A stretch of DNA of 64,000 nucleotides from Nemertoderma westbladi (lineage: Eukaryota; Animalia; Xenacoelomorpha), in assembly GCA_032718475.1 (NCBI GenBank), contig JAUCBJ010007522.1, positions 73,263 through 137,262 of the forward strand, in the 5' to 3' direction. Below, piece by piece: positions 12,752-23,455 of this stretch. The notes beneath the pieces are model-generated. The model had not been told where the DNA came from. It ran no database searches and worked only from the letters and a program-made list of their open reading frames with translations. Position 1 is the first letter of the stretch. Each line of letters begins with the position of its first letter. A program made the translations under genes and the position numbers.

Positions 12752-14905
12752 TTACGTTGAGGAGTCCCTAGATGTTGGTTGGATTGGGGAGGTGGTCGTG
12801 GGAAGAGCATCTTGCCTTCCATAGTTTCCGGAGAGTTCTCTGTCTCTTTCCAGTAAACATAAACGACCAACTGGGCGATTGAGCTGCTGTGTCTCGAAAA
12901 CAATCCCAGGTTTCCTCTTCTTCCTGGAATAGTGACGATAGAAACATCGCTTCAAATACACGACTGCCTTACAAAGCCGATTCCAGGAGCTATAGTGGTC
13001 CATCGCTCCCGGCAGGAGAGGTGAGAGTCCCTGTGAGACGTCTGATGTTCCAGATCTCCAGTTTCTCTCTCTGATCTCCACAACAGATCTGTTCGCGGTG
13101 GGGGAATTTAGATCCACAGCGTCGTCCCTGGCAATGTGTAATACAGACAGATCTATCACGGGTTTAAATAACCTCGATTTACTCGTCCGGGTTTTAGGTT
13201 TGACTTTCTCCGCTCCCTTGGCTTGTCTAATCTCAGCCGTGGTAAGATGGGGAGGCCATTCATCTTCTTTACTTAGGAAGTCGGGTCCACCTAACCAGTT
13301 TGGAGTATCTGTCAGTTCTTGAGGAGTTGCTCCTCTGGAAGCGATGTCGTCTAGATTAATCGTCTCGGGGCAATGTCTCCATTGATCTACATTAGAGTTA
13401 ATATCGTCATTATCTGAGGAGTATGGTGTTCCCTCAGTTGGGTCGTCTCCCTCACTGGTCTCATCCTCCCATTCACTCACCTGGTAGACCCGTTCTTTGT
13501 GTAGCCTTTCCATGAGAGTTCTACGGGAAGGTCCAGTAAAGTACCAACCTACTCTAGTTCTTCCCGCATAGGTTTGTAGTGGTTGCGGTTGAGCAGGCCG
13601 TTTCTCCAATGTCTCAAGCGCCTCATGCGCATTTTGGCCGATGAGTATTTGCACTCCAGGGTAGTCTGTGTTGAATCTAGGTATCTTATGCTGCTGGGTG
13701 AAGTCGTCCTCATCCCAGTTATAAGGTTCCACTTGGCTGGTAGCGAAGTTCTTTATTGCCACCATTTTTACTGACCTTATACTGCATTCTCCTAGTTCAT
13801 CCTGGGGGGTGGACAACGCACCTACATAGTAATCTGTAGTTACTGTAGATTTCCAAACCTGCATAATTCCTGACATGTTCAATTTAGTTCAGAACTTGGG
13901 TTGTCCAGCAAAGATGTCTTCGGCTAGTTCTTTGTCGATGAATGTTCCTGTGCTGCCGGAGTCAAGGAGGGCGTTCACTATATAACTCTTTTTAGGCCCG
14001 TGGACTCTCAACTGCACTACGGGAAATTCTCGGATTCCTACGTTGGAAGTTGGTGCTTTCCAAGATGGTTGTCGGTCAGGAGTAGTCAGGGGGAACTCGC
14101 TTTCAGTTTCTTTCTCATACGTAAGTGCTCGATACACTGCGGTATTTATTAGGTAACAGGATTCGTTTTCGTCGGAGAATTCATCCGTATAAAATCCTTC
14201 CATCTCAGAACTTTGGTCAGTGTCGTTCACATCACTGAATTGGACATGTAATTCGGACTCACTTACCTGACTCGGGCTGTTTCTTTCGAATTCAGTGTGC
14301 AACAAGATATGATGTTTCGCGCCGCACTTAGCACACCTTGCGTCGGAGTAACAGGTTCGCCGTTGGTGTCCTTGTCTGAGGCAATTATAACACAACCGCT
14401 TATTCCACATGACTTCACGTCTATCTATTAGGGATTTCCTCAGGAATTCATCACACGCACTTAAACGGTGGGGCCCGTCGCACAGCACACATTTTGGTTT
14501 GATGTTACTTACCTTACTTTGGGTAACGTTGTGCACTCTCGTTCTTTCCTCGGGCTTTCTTCCATGAATTCTCTTAGGAGACGTAGGAGGAGTTCTTGTT
14601 ACCTGTTCTCTCCTGTCATCGGTTCGAGACTTAAATTTACTTACGTCTTTAGGCGCTTTGTTAACATAGTAAGATCTTCCAGTGTCTTTCCCGCTGTCCT
14701 CCTCTTGAGAGGCCTGGCTTTCGCCGTCGTCTGTATAACACACTGGTGTTACCTTTCTCCTAGAAACGGGTTTCTCACTTACCTTATTTTCCGGTGTCTT
14801 CTCTCTGGACTGCTTTAGGAGCTGTAATTTTACCTCTCCATCTAAGAATGACATGAGATCAGCCATGGTAGGGTCTCGTCGTTGTTGTTCCATCATATAT
14901 AACAC
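12752..14905 (-). pseudogene. pol: BEL-B gag C-terminal knuckles, protease, and fused remnants of RNase H and integrase C-termini
   Basis: CVLCDGPH, CYNCLRQGHQRRTC, CAKCGAKHHILLH and ALLDSGSTGTF. Then ...DINSN|VDQWRHCP and ...HYS|RKKRK..LNRPVGRLCLLE. No RT motifs. Confidence 0.9.
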
Positions 14906-17661
14906 TTTCTTGTACCTACTCCACCCTTTGGCAGAGTTGATGCTAAGGCTCCTACAACCATAGAATTCTGGTATTCATGAGACTTACCTAACCAATATAG
15001 CTGTCTACAGATCTCCTGAATCTCGTCAGAAAACTCTATAATCCCGCTGCTAAGAAACTTTCGGGGCGCCATTAATTTTGCATACAAATACCTAGCTATG
15101 TTTGTCCTATTACCATACCTGATGTTTAGTGTATCCCAAACTTGTCTTAATCCATCTGGATGTCCAATAAACTTTAATGCCATTAACTTGGGAGGTCCTT
15201 CCAAACACTCGATGAGGAATCTAAGTTTCTCTCCGTTAGATAGTACAGAGTTCTGTATGTTATCTTTGTAATATTCATTAAAAGGTAACCAATTCACCTC
15301 ATCTCCATTGAACTTGACGATCTCTCCCATCTTTACCGCTTGACGAGCTTCAGTTCTAGCCATTTGACGCGTAAAACTTTCTTGGGCCATCGTGTTATTT
15401 AATATCGAGTTATCGGTATATAAATTTGACGGATTATGATCAGGTCTATATGGAATATCATTGTCAACAGGTTTATAATTACCCTTAATAGGGTTTACTA
15501 TAGGAGTTTCTACTTCACTAGCAGTATAGATGCGTGTAGGCTCCACACCTTGCGCATGAAATACTTCAGACCTAACAGGTTGACACATTGTTACAGGTGG
15601 TGGTGGTATACCCCTTTGTATATTTACTAATTTATCGCGTTCTAACGCGATACTCTGCTGCACTTCTTGCAACTCTAACCTACTTTCCCTTACTGTTCCC
15701 TTGAACTGTTGAACAGTCTCCTGCATCTGCCCGAGCAGGAGATCCATCCCCCGCCGTCCCTCATCCACCCACTCGACCGCCGAAGCGGGAGCCGCCAACA
15801 TAGTAGCGGGTAGACGAGGGACGACGGGCGATAAATCGTTGATGTCTCGCTCGGCGTCCAGGACAGGAATTGTCTCAGGGGCTGTTCTACTGGGCACAGG
15901 TAGTTTAGTGCTGTGCAACGGGAATTTCGAGGTAGGTTCTGGGAGTACAGGTGTCTCTATCACCAAAGGGGTGGCTTCGAGAACAGGCCTAATTGTTTCA
16001 GGCTCATCTACTATAGTAGGGAGTCTTTTTATTCTAATAATTTGGTCTGTGGGTTCTGTACTACCTAAGTCTGTGCTAGCTAGTTGCCTTCTCACAGCTG
16101 GGGGCAAATCAGGCAATTTCTGATGGTGGGGCATTCTTCTACGCCTGCTGAGACGAGATCTATTTCCTCCGCCTTCAGGATCGGTGGTATCGCCTTCATC
16201 AGATGATGTATAGCTCTGTCGCTTGGGAGTAGATCTACTTATCATCTGCATTTGACTAGCTGTTAACTGTTTATCTATGTAGTCTTGCGTCTCTTGCAGA
16301 TTTTCCAACTCTAGTTGGGTGGTCTCTTCAGATGCTCTCCATTCTGCTTCTGCCACTGCCTCTGCCGCTTTTCTTTCCGCTTCTACCGCTGCTCGCTTTC
16401 TTTCCGCTTCTACCTCTGCCGCTGCCGCTGCCGCTTTTCTTTCAACTTCTGCCGCGGCCGCTGCTGCTGTCTTTCTGTCTTCTATACGTTTTTTCTTTAC
16501 CAATTCTTCTTGGAGCCTAGCGATGCGGAGGCGTTCATCAAATTTAGTTTGGTTCGCAGCTAACATTTCCGCATCTAATGCGTCCAACACACACTTGGCT
16601 CCTTCACTATTAGGGCGAAGTCCAGCCAGCCGTCTCCTCAACTCTTCGTCTCCTTTAAATCGTTGATTGTCTGACAGATTGAGGTCAATAGCGTCCTTCT
16701 TCTGCGGTTTCTCTGCTGTCGCTTCGTTTTCCACTTGAGAAAAGGTAGCGTCTGTTGATTCTCCATGGGTTGAGCGCTCAGCCAGGTGAGATTTCCACTG
16801 GGCCATTCCTTGAACCTTGAGACTCACCCGTTGGAACCAAGTCTTCAACCGCTGCAACGACGTGTCCTGTCTTCTTTTCGAAGCTTCCTCAAAGGCCGAT
16901 AGGATTAGTCTGATTCTTAGAGTTCTTTCTCGAACTTGATAAAGCAGCTCTCCCTGCTCTTGAGGTCCTTGGGGTTGTTGAAACAGTTGTTCCTCTAATC
17001 GCTCCAAAGAGCTGAAGAAACTCTGTACATATCCTGCTGCCGACCTCTTCCACACAGCTGGATCACTAGTGTCTTTTGTCACTCCCATCCTGTGTAAGTC
17101 CTCCCAGGCAGCTTCCGATAAGTTAAATGGGAGTTCGGGTCTGGGGAAGTTCCATTGCGTCTCGACAATAGACTTCAGTTCCTCCCTTGTGTATCCCGCA
17201 TAAATGTCCTTGGTCGATTGCTTACTTCTCGCCCAATCGATTTGGTGTTCCTCCACCGCAATCAATACCCTAGTGAGTACAGCTGCAGGAAGAATGAGAA
17301 GGGGATCCGAATAAACCGCATCTGCCATCTTTGCTCCGCACTCGGGTGTCAGCTCTACAGTATCCGAACTACTGGAGCTGTCGGGCCGCTGAGAAATAAG
17401 TTCTCGGATCGGGTGTTGCTGCTGTTTAACAGCAGCAACTCCCTCTTGGTCCCGCTTGACTTGAGCCCTAGTGCCTATGATAGACCTATGGTGCTCTACT
17501 ATCCTAGGGTCTGACACTACTACTGTAGGGATGACCTTGCTTACAGTAGGAGGGGACTTGGACTTTGGTCTCAGACGTTCTATACTCTTAGCTGAGTCCC
17601 AGATCTTTTTAAGACCCTGTCTAACACTCATTCTAGCACTTTCTAAGAGACTATCTGACAA
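14893..17661 (-). CDS. gag: BEL-B Gag, long N-terminally extended form (922 aa to frameshift)
   Basis: KFNGDEVNWLPF...EKLRFLIECLEGPPK capsid motif and a coiled-coil Ala/Glu/Lys region. Collinear with BEL-C Gag. Confidence 0.88.
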   Translation of the reverse strand: MSDSLLESARMSVRQGLKKIWDSAKSIERLRPKSKSPPTVSKVIPTVVVSDPRIVEHHRSIIGTRAQVKRDQEGVAAVKQQQHPIRELISQRPDSSSSSDTVELTPECGAKMADAVYSDPLLILPAAVLTRVLIAVEEHQIDWARSKQSTKDIYAGYTREELKSIVETQWNFPRPELPFNLSEAAWEDLHRMGVTKDTSDPAVWKRSAAGYVQSFFSSLERLEEQLFQQPQGPQEQGELLYQVRERTLRIRLILSAFEEASKRRQDTSLQRLKTWFQRVSLKVQGMAQWKSHLAERSTHGESTDATFSQVENEATAEKPQKKDAIDLNLSDNQRFKGDEELRRRLAGLRPNSEGAKCVLDALDAEMLAANQTKFDERLRIARLQEELVKKKRIEDRKTAAAAAAEVERKAAAAAAEVEAERKRAAVEAERKAAEAVAEAEWRASEETTQLELENLQETQDYIDKQLTASQMQMISRSTPKRQSYTSSDEGDTTDPEGGGNRSRLSRRRRMPHHQKLPDLPPAVRRQLASTDLGSTEPTDQIIRIKRLPTIVDEPETIRPVLEATPLVIETPVLPEPTSKFPLHSTKLPVPSRTAPETIPVLDAERDINDLSPVVPRLPATMLAAPASAVEWVDEGRRGMDLLLGQMQETVQQFKGTVRESRLELQEVQQSIALERDKLVNIQRGIPPPPVTMCQPVRSEVFHAQGVEPTRIYTASEVETPIVNPIKGNYKPVDNDIPYRPDHNPSNLYTDNSILNNTMAQESFTRQMARTEARQAVKMGEIVKFNGDEVNWLPFNEYYKDNIQNSVLSNGEKLRFLIECLEGPPKLMALKFIGHPDGLRQVWDTLNIRYGNRTNIARYLYAKLMAPRKFLSSGIIEFSDEIQEICRQLYWLGKSHEYQNSMVVGALASTLPKGGVGTRKCYI

Positions 17662-17826
17662 TGTTTGTTTTGTGTCAATGTTTGTGTCAATGTTTGATTG
17701 TACAGTTGAATGCCTACTGCTATAATTACAGTTAGAGCAAGTCTAGTAATTCAGTATCACAGTTAGCCTAGTAATTAATTACCGATATCGTTACTCTATG
17801 TAACATGATATATATACAATATATTA

Positions 17827-18080
17827 GAATACCGGTATACACTTATAGTATATATATAAGTATTATTACAGACTAGGTTTGTCACAGAATACCGGTATAT
17901 AATTTCAGCGCAAATATATAGATATATAATAAGCCTAACGTGAATACCGGTATACAGCTTACACTTATAGTATATATAAGTATAATTATAGACTAGAATT
18001 AATTACAGAATACCGGTATATAATTTCAGCTCAAATTTATAGAAATAAATATAATAAGCCTATTGTGAATACCGGTATGT
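17827..18080. repeat. Five ~60-bp-spaced copies of palindromic GAATACCGGTAT in the BEL-B 5' UTR
   Basis: Copies at 17827, 17887, 17942, 18008 and 18067, with alternating flanks giving a ~120-bp dimer. Confidence 0.85.
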
Positions 18081-19335
18081 CAATTATTTTAGAATAATTG
18101 AATTTCTGAATTTTAGGGGTTACTTGGTTACTTTACTTTACTTTATTACCGTTATTTAAGCAGTAGTCCAACTGATATTAAGGCCTACTATTTTATAAAT
18201 CGGTTGGAGTTGATTTATAATATATATACCCGTTTAACGGGTTTTTGTTACAATATTTGAAATAAATGTTATTATTTCTGGGACGGAGTCACTACACCGA
18301 AGGTATACGCTCTCAGTGAAGTGCTACTTGTTGGACACTAAAACAAATAATTCTACTTGCCTAAGTTACTTAATACTACAAATTACATACAATTACGGGG
18401 TGAGATTACAATCTCTAAATAAACACAAAAATTACACGTACGAATTTTTAGGGTTAATTTTACAGGGAATCTACAAACCGGCCTAACAAGGAGTTAGAAT
18501 GTCTGGTTATTACGAACGGACAGGATACTACAGTATTTGAAAATAATAAAGCAGTAGTAAATATATTGCGTTGTCTAGATAGGAAAAATACCACCGTCTG
18601 ACGACTTATAGCCGTAGTGCTATAAGTACTATGTTATGTATCACGGAGTGTTCCTACCTAGAAGTTAATTACCACAGCCTACTATATCAAACGTGCCTAT
18701 TAACCACTTTACAACACAAATATACTGCCTACACACTAATTACCTTCGGAAAGCACTGTACACTAAACCCTAAATTAGGTACAAGTACTTATACAACAAA
18801 TAACCAGCAGTTAAAAATACTTGTACAGCTAAAAGAACCACGGTATCTGCTGGAGTGACCAATGCACAAAATCACCAGTCTTTACCTACGCCAAACAGTC
18901 CTGATGTAGTACCGGGGTTAATTTAACTATAACGGTATGTATAACAAGCACAATTACTGTAGGAATAAACTTGGGGTTGTGAATGTTGTGAATAATCGCA
19001 TAAACTCTGAATAATAAATATTACGCTACGCGTACAGACTACACAAACAAAATACAGACCAAACGCTGGCAGACTACTATCAAGCCCAAATAAACTACAG
19101 TATATGTAGACTCCGAAATGGTTAGTTAGTATGCGTTCTAACTGAGTAGTACGACTTATTCTTTCGGGGGGGATTTACCTTACAGCACTGGATGCCCCCA
19201 CGTTCCTAACTGGTACTTTATCGGACATACACTCTACACACACCGCAATCTCTTCAGGCCTACTGGTTACCGGTCGACCGGTACTTTTGCCCTTTTTATT
19301 GCCTATGTTGCAATAAAGAAAGCTATAACTGTTAT

Positions 19336-20480
19336 TGTTCGTGCTTTTAGACTTTTAGCAGTTTAACCTGCCAAATTTAGGTGTCTTCTAGGTTATAAAT
19401 CGACTTTAGCCTAAGACTAGTATTTGATACACATAAACACTACATTAGCCGAAGCCAGCCTATGCGCGACCATTCACCCACTGGATTTACCCGGGAGACT
19501 GGATTCGGAAGCTCTGACCTTATTGCGGTGTAGGCCTACTGTACTATTAGATTGATCGTTAATATATAATCTCTGACAAATATTATTCACTTTCGGGAAA
19601 TACTAACAGTTCCTTTAGGACGTGGCGCTCTAAATATGTAAACAGAGTCATGACTTACACTAAACACAACGGGATGGCTATTGATTTACGTATAAGGCGC
19701 ATTCTTTAGGAAATGCTTGTTATCTGTCACACTCATGCACACTAACGCACAATGCTGCACACCAATCTGCCGACCTTCACTAATTTTAGTCATATATAAA
19801 GAGAACAGCAACCGACACATGTAGGGCCTATGAAATAGCATTCATTTCACTCCAAAACCACTATAATGTAAGTCGCAATTGCTATATGTAACCGGTCTCT
19901 CTAACCTTCAGTATATCAAGAAGATTGGGGTTTTATGGTGATTTATCGATATTCTCCAAATATAACAATATTCCATCAACTGATACAATTAATAACAGAC
20001 AGTAAATAGCAGTAGAATAATGCGTCATGCATATGTATGCACTGATAACAGTTATACGTTTCTATAATCAAAGCCGTTCTAATGTTTGGCTAAAGTCTGA
20101 AACACAGAATAATTCCACGGCCGGTGTTCTAGGCTTAGGAAAAATACACACTGACTGAATTGCGTGAATTTCTGTATGCACTGTCCAACACAGAGGGAAA
20201 ACCGCTCTGATTGGTGCCGAACAAAGAAAGCCAAAAGCTACACGTCGACATCTCAGCTGATAGATGTCGTCATCTGAAATACACTGTATTAAGAGTATTT
20301 TTGGTGCATTGCGGCATAAAATTGCTAGTTATGTCCGCTAAAGTACACATACAGAAGAAATGGCTTTTTATGTCCACTAAAACACCTGTACAGTAAGGAA
20401 ACGGCTTTTTATGTCCACTAAAACACCTACAGAGTACTTTGCGGGGAAAATAACCAGCTAATTCCGCAAAAGCCTTTACA
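19336..20480 (-). repeat. BEL-B 5' LTR (1145 bp)
   Basis: TGT...ACA termini on the minus strand. Differs from the 3' LTR by a few substitutions and two small indels. Confidence 0.95.
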
Positions 20481-21258
20481 ACAGGAGACTAGAAATCTCC
20501 ACCCAATATTAGTAAATAGAGATGTGGGACCCTTGATGGCCGCCACATAGACTTACCGTATTTTAGTAATTTAGTATTTTGTATTACTGTATGTGCATTT
20601 GTAATCCTCTTCACTGTAGATAGAGACAGCGGTGGAATTCCATTGTCTTTATATGTGAACATGGAGGGTAGTACCCTTATGTATCACATAGGAGCGGGAT
20701 TGTGTGTACAGTAGGAATGGAATTCCACTTGCAACCCACAAGTGAGACAATTTTTCAAAAATTATTAGACAAATCCATTTTGTTGGATTTAAATTTAAGA
20801 AAAATGATTCTCCAGTGAATGCGAATTCTAGAATACAGCTAGATAAAAATTAAAATTGGGGAGGACAAGAGCGGATGGAAGGCTTGCGAGCCTACCAATA
20901 AAATTTTTTTTTGGAAAAAGAAAATCGGCCTTGTTCTACGTAGTCGTGTCTACTATTATTTAGACCAAATTAATTCTCGACTGCATTATTTCTTTGGGAA
21001 TGTAGTTTGGGAAATTAAAAGGTGAGTATTTTAGACTCGCGGCTAGTTTACCCGGAATTCGTTTTTTATCGGCACAATTTTTTTTTGGATTAGGAGCCAG
21101 TGCGAAATCACACGAACCCGAAGTACCTAAAGAGGTGAGGTCTCTATAGGGGTGCTTCAAACAGGCGGCGGCGGACTCATGAGGGTCTGGGGGCACGTTA
21201 AAATATTTCGCGTATAGTGCTAGGGAGTCACTGAAGGCCCTCGTGTCTAGCGAATCAG

Positions 21259-21764
21259 CTGATCAGTTTATAAGACAACTTCAAGTCTCTGGAATGAAGA
21301 TGGGACTCGAATAAGTGACTCTGCCGTCTTTGCGGGATTACACGGAATAGACTTATCGGTCATCTGAGATCTTCAAATGTATAATATCCAGTTCAAACTT
21401 AGGCTCATTCGAAAGCTCTTTGCTTAGAGAACAAAGTTACCATTTGATTCAAGATAAAATGGTTGTGAAGCAACATAACATGAATTTGGGTAAAACATGC
21501 CTTGCAAATTTTGTTCAAGTTATGATTGCTCAGGCAGCTTTCAAGAGTTTGCCAAACCAAATGGTAACTTTGGTCCTTGAGAAAAGAGCTTTCGAATGAG
21601 CCCAAAAGGAACTCATTACGACTACTAGAACTGGAGATTATACATTTTGAAGATCTCCGATGACCGATAAGTCTATTCCGTGTATTCCCGCAAAGACCGC
21701 AGAGTCGCTTATTCGAGTCCTGTCTTCATTCCAGAGACTTGAAGTTGTCTTATAAACTGATCAG
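21259..21764. mobile_element. Foldback/MITE-like element, almost wholly palindromic
   Basis: ~135-bp outer inverted arms (CTGATCAGTTTATAAGACAAC... / ...GTTGTCTTATAAACTGATCAG) plus inner arms (GGCTCATTCGAAAGCTC / GAGCTTTCGAATGAGCC). Confidence 0.8.
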
Positions 21765-22083
21765 TAGGTCCAATAATCATAAGAAAATACCTTCTCAATT
21801 AAAATTTTGTGCTCTTTCTCATGGAGACATCCAATTAGCACCACTGAGCACAGAAATTTGCAGAAATTGAATGCAAATCCCAAACTTCATTGCCTTTACC
21901 GATATCGCGATATATCGGAGCCAGTATCTTCTATCCCAGATATCTCGAAAACTAAGCAAGATATAGGAAAACGGTTTCCATATTTGGATTCAGCATAAAT
22001 TCTGCATCAGATAGGATATGTTTCAAAAATTCGACTTTTTGGTCAGAAAATGCGCTACCCCCCCCCCCCCCCCCCCCCCTTAA
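21765..22083. mobile_element. Possible non-autonomous DNA transposon end (Kolobok-like ...CC|TTAA)
   Basis: Ends in CTACCCC...C followed by TTAA; resembles the end at 24265-24280. No partner terminus found. Confidence 0.3.
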
Positions 22084-22491
22084 TGAACAATGTGTACAAA
22101 ATTTAAAGTTATAATTTTCGTCTAATCGTTTTGCAATGCAGGATTTCTGGGGCGCAGAATAAATTGGAAAATAGTTTCTATAATAATTTCTATAAATGGC
22201 TGTTTTAGTAGGAAAAAAATGACAAAAAACAGGAAACCAGCAATTTTAAGTTTGACCACAAAACTTTTAATTTACTTATGCCAGAAGTAAGGAAGCCACG
22301 CAATGAGCGAAGTGAATGAAGTGGGGTAAATGAGCAACAAGTATAATAACCACTTATTATAGAGCGTAATATATATCAAATGCAACGCAGGCAGGTAAAC
22401 ACAATAAATGACCAGTAAGCAGCTCACAGTTGGAGATCACGACGGTACTGTAGTACAGTACAGTAATCACTGAGCCAACTCGCATACCTTG

Positions 22492-22993
22492 CAGCCCTTG
22501 CTGCTATATGGCAGCTGGTGCTAATCACTCCTGGACGGTTTATAAGGGTCCCGAATAAGATGGAATAAATAAAAACAGCACTGGACATCTCAAACTTGTA
22601 CTTTTTGGTGATGGGTACGAAATTTGGTGCTAGCATCGAAATTTCTCATATTACGTCGAAAATACGAGTAGCAATGATCTGGCAATGCCTGCCTGGTTAC
22701 AGACCAGTCAGGGCCTAAACCGGCTGGCGTTATACAATGCTATTAATTCACATTATCAAGTTTCATGGGGCGCTGATTCTAATGGAATACATTTCTAATT
22801 TGCCAGATCATTGCTACTCGTATTTTCGACGTAATATGAGAAATTTCGATGCCAGCACCAAATTTCGTACCCATCACCAAAAAGTACAAGTTTGAGATGT
22901 CCAGTGCTGTTTTTATTTATTCCATCTTATTCGGGACCCTTATAAACCGTCCAGGAGTGATTAGCACCAGCTGCCATATAGCAGCAAGGGCTG
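22492..22993. repeat. 194-bp near-perfect inverted repeat with 114-bp spacer
   Basis: 22492-22685 is the reverse complement of 22800-22993 (one mismatch seen). Mirrored ORFs appear in the ORF track. Confidence 0.92.
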
Positions 22994-23455
22994 ACATAGA
23001 GCCGCACGGTCTGCGAAAGAGCAGAACGGGGTGCCATAGAGCAACACAGGCTGCCATGCACGCGCTGGCATAGTGCAGTAATGGCTGTCATAGTGCAGCA
23101 AGGGCTATCATAGAGCAGCCTGGGATGTCATAGAACAACACGGACTGTCATAGAGCAACATGGGCTATCATAGAGCAGCAGTGGTTGCCATAGAGCAGCG
23201 CTGGCTGCCATAGAGCAGCCCGGGCTGTTATAGAGCAGCACAGGCAGCCATAGAGCAGCCCGGGTTGTCATAGAGCAGCATGGGCTGCTGTCATAGAGCA
23301 GCAGGGGTTGCCATAGAGCAGCGCTGCCTGCCATAGAGCAGCACGGTCTGTCATAGAGCAGCACAGGCTGCCATGAGCAGCCCGGGCTGTTATAGAGCAG
23401 CACAGACAGCCATAGAACAGCCCGGGCTGCCATAGAGCAGCATGTACTGTCATAG
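22973..23455. repeat. 21-bp minisatellite (CATAGAGCAGCACGGGCTGYC-like)
   Basis: About 22 degenerate tandem copies of CATAGAGCAGC at ~21-bp period. Confidence 0.9.

Larger units (their letters stand above)
8306..20480 (-). mobile_element. BEL/Pao LTR retrotransposon BEL-B, both LTRs present, non-autonomous (RT and most of IN deleted)
   Basis: Near-identical ~1.15-kb LTRs at 8306-9455 and 19336-20480. 5-bp TSD ACAGG at 8301-8305 and 20481-20485. BEL gag and protease ORFs on the minus strand. Confidence 0.95.
1..21258 (+). mobile_element. BEL/Pao LTR retrotransposon BEL-A (5' end outside window; interrupted by BEL-B at 8306-20480; degenerate)
   Basis: Domains in BEL/Pao order gag-PR-RT-RNaseH-IN. 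The sequence resumes after the ACAGG TSD at 20481 and restores the ORF end ...NETGD*. A purine tract GGGGGCA at ~21189-21195 precedes a possible 3' LTR start (cgtt at 21196). The right boundary is uncertain. Confidence 0.88.

Noticed and set aside
18841-18862. TGGTCACTCCAGC on the minus strand as a displaced PBS for BEL-B
   Set aside because: It lies ~475 bp from the LTR end, so priming there would not give the observed LTR boundary. No tRNA match was confirmed.
22424-23073. Two mirrored ORFs with identical peptide
   Set aside because: They are a product of the inverted repeat.
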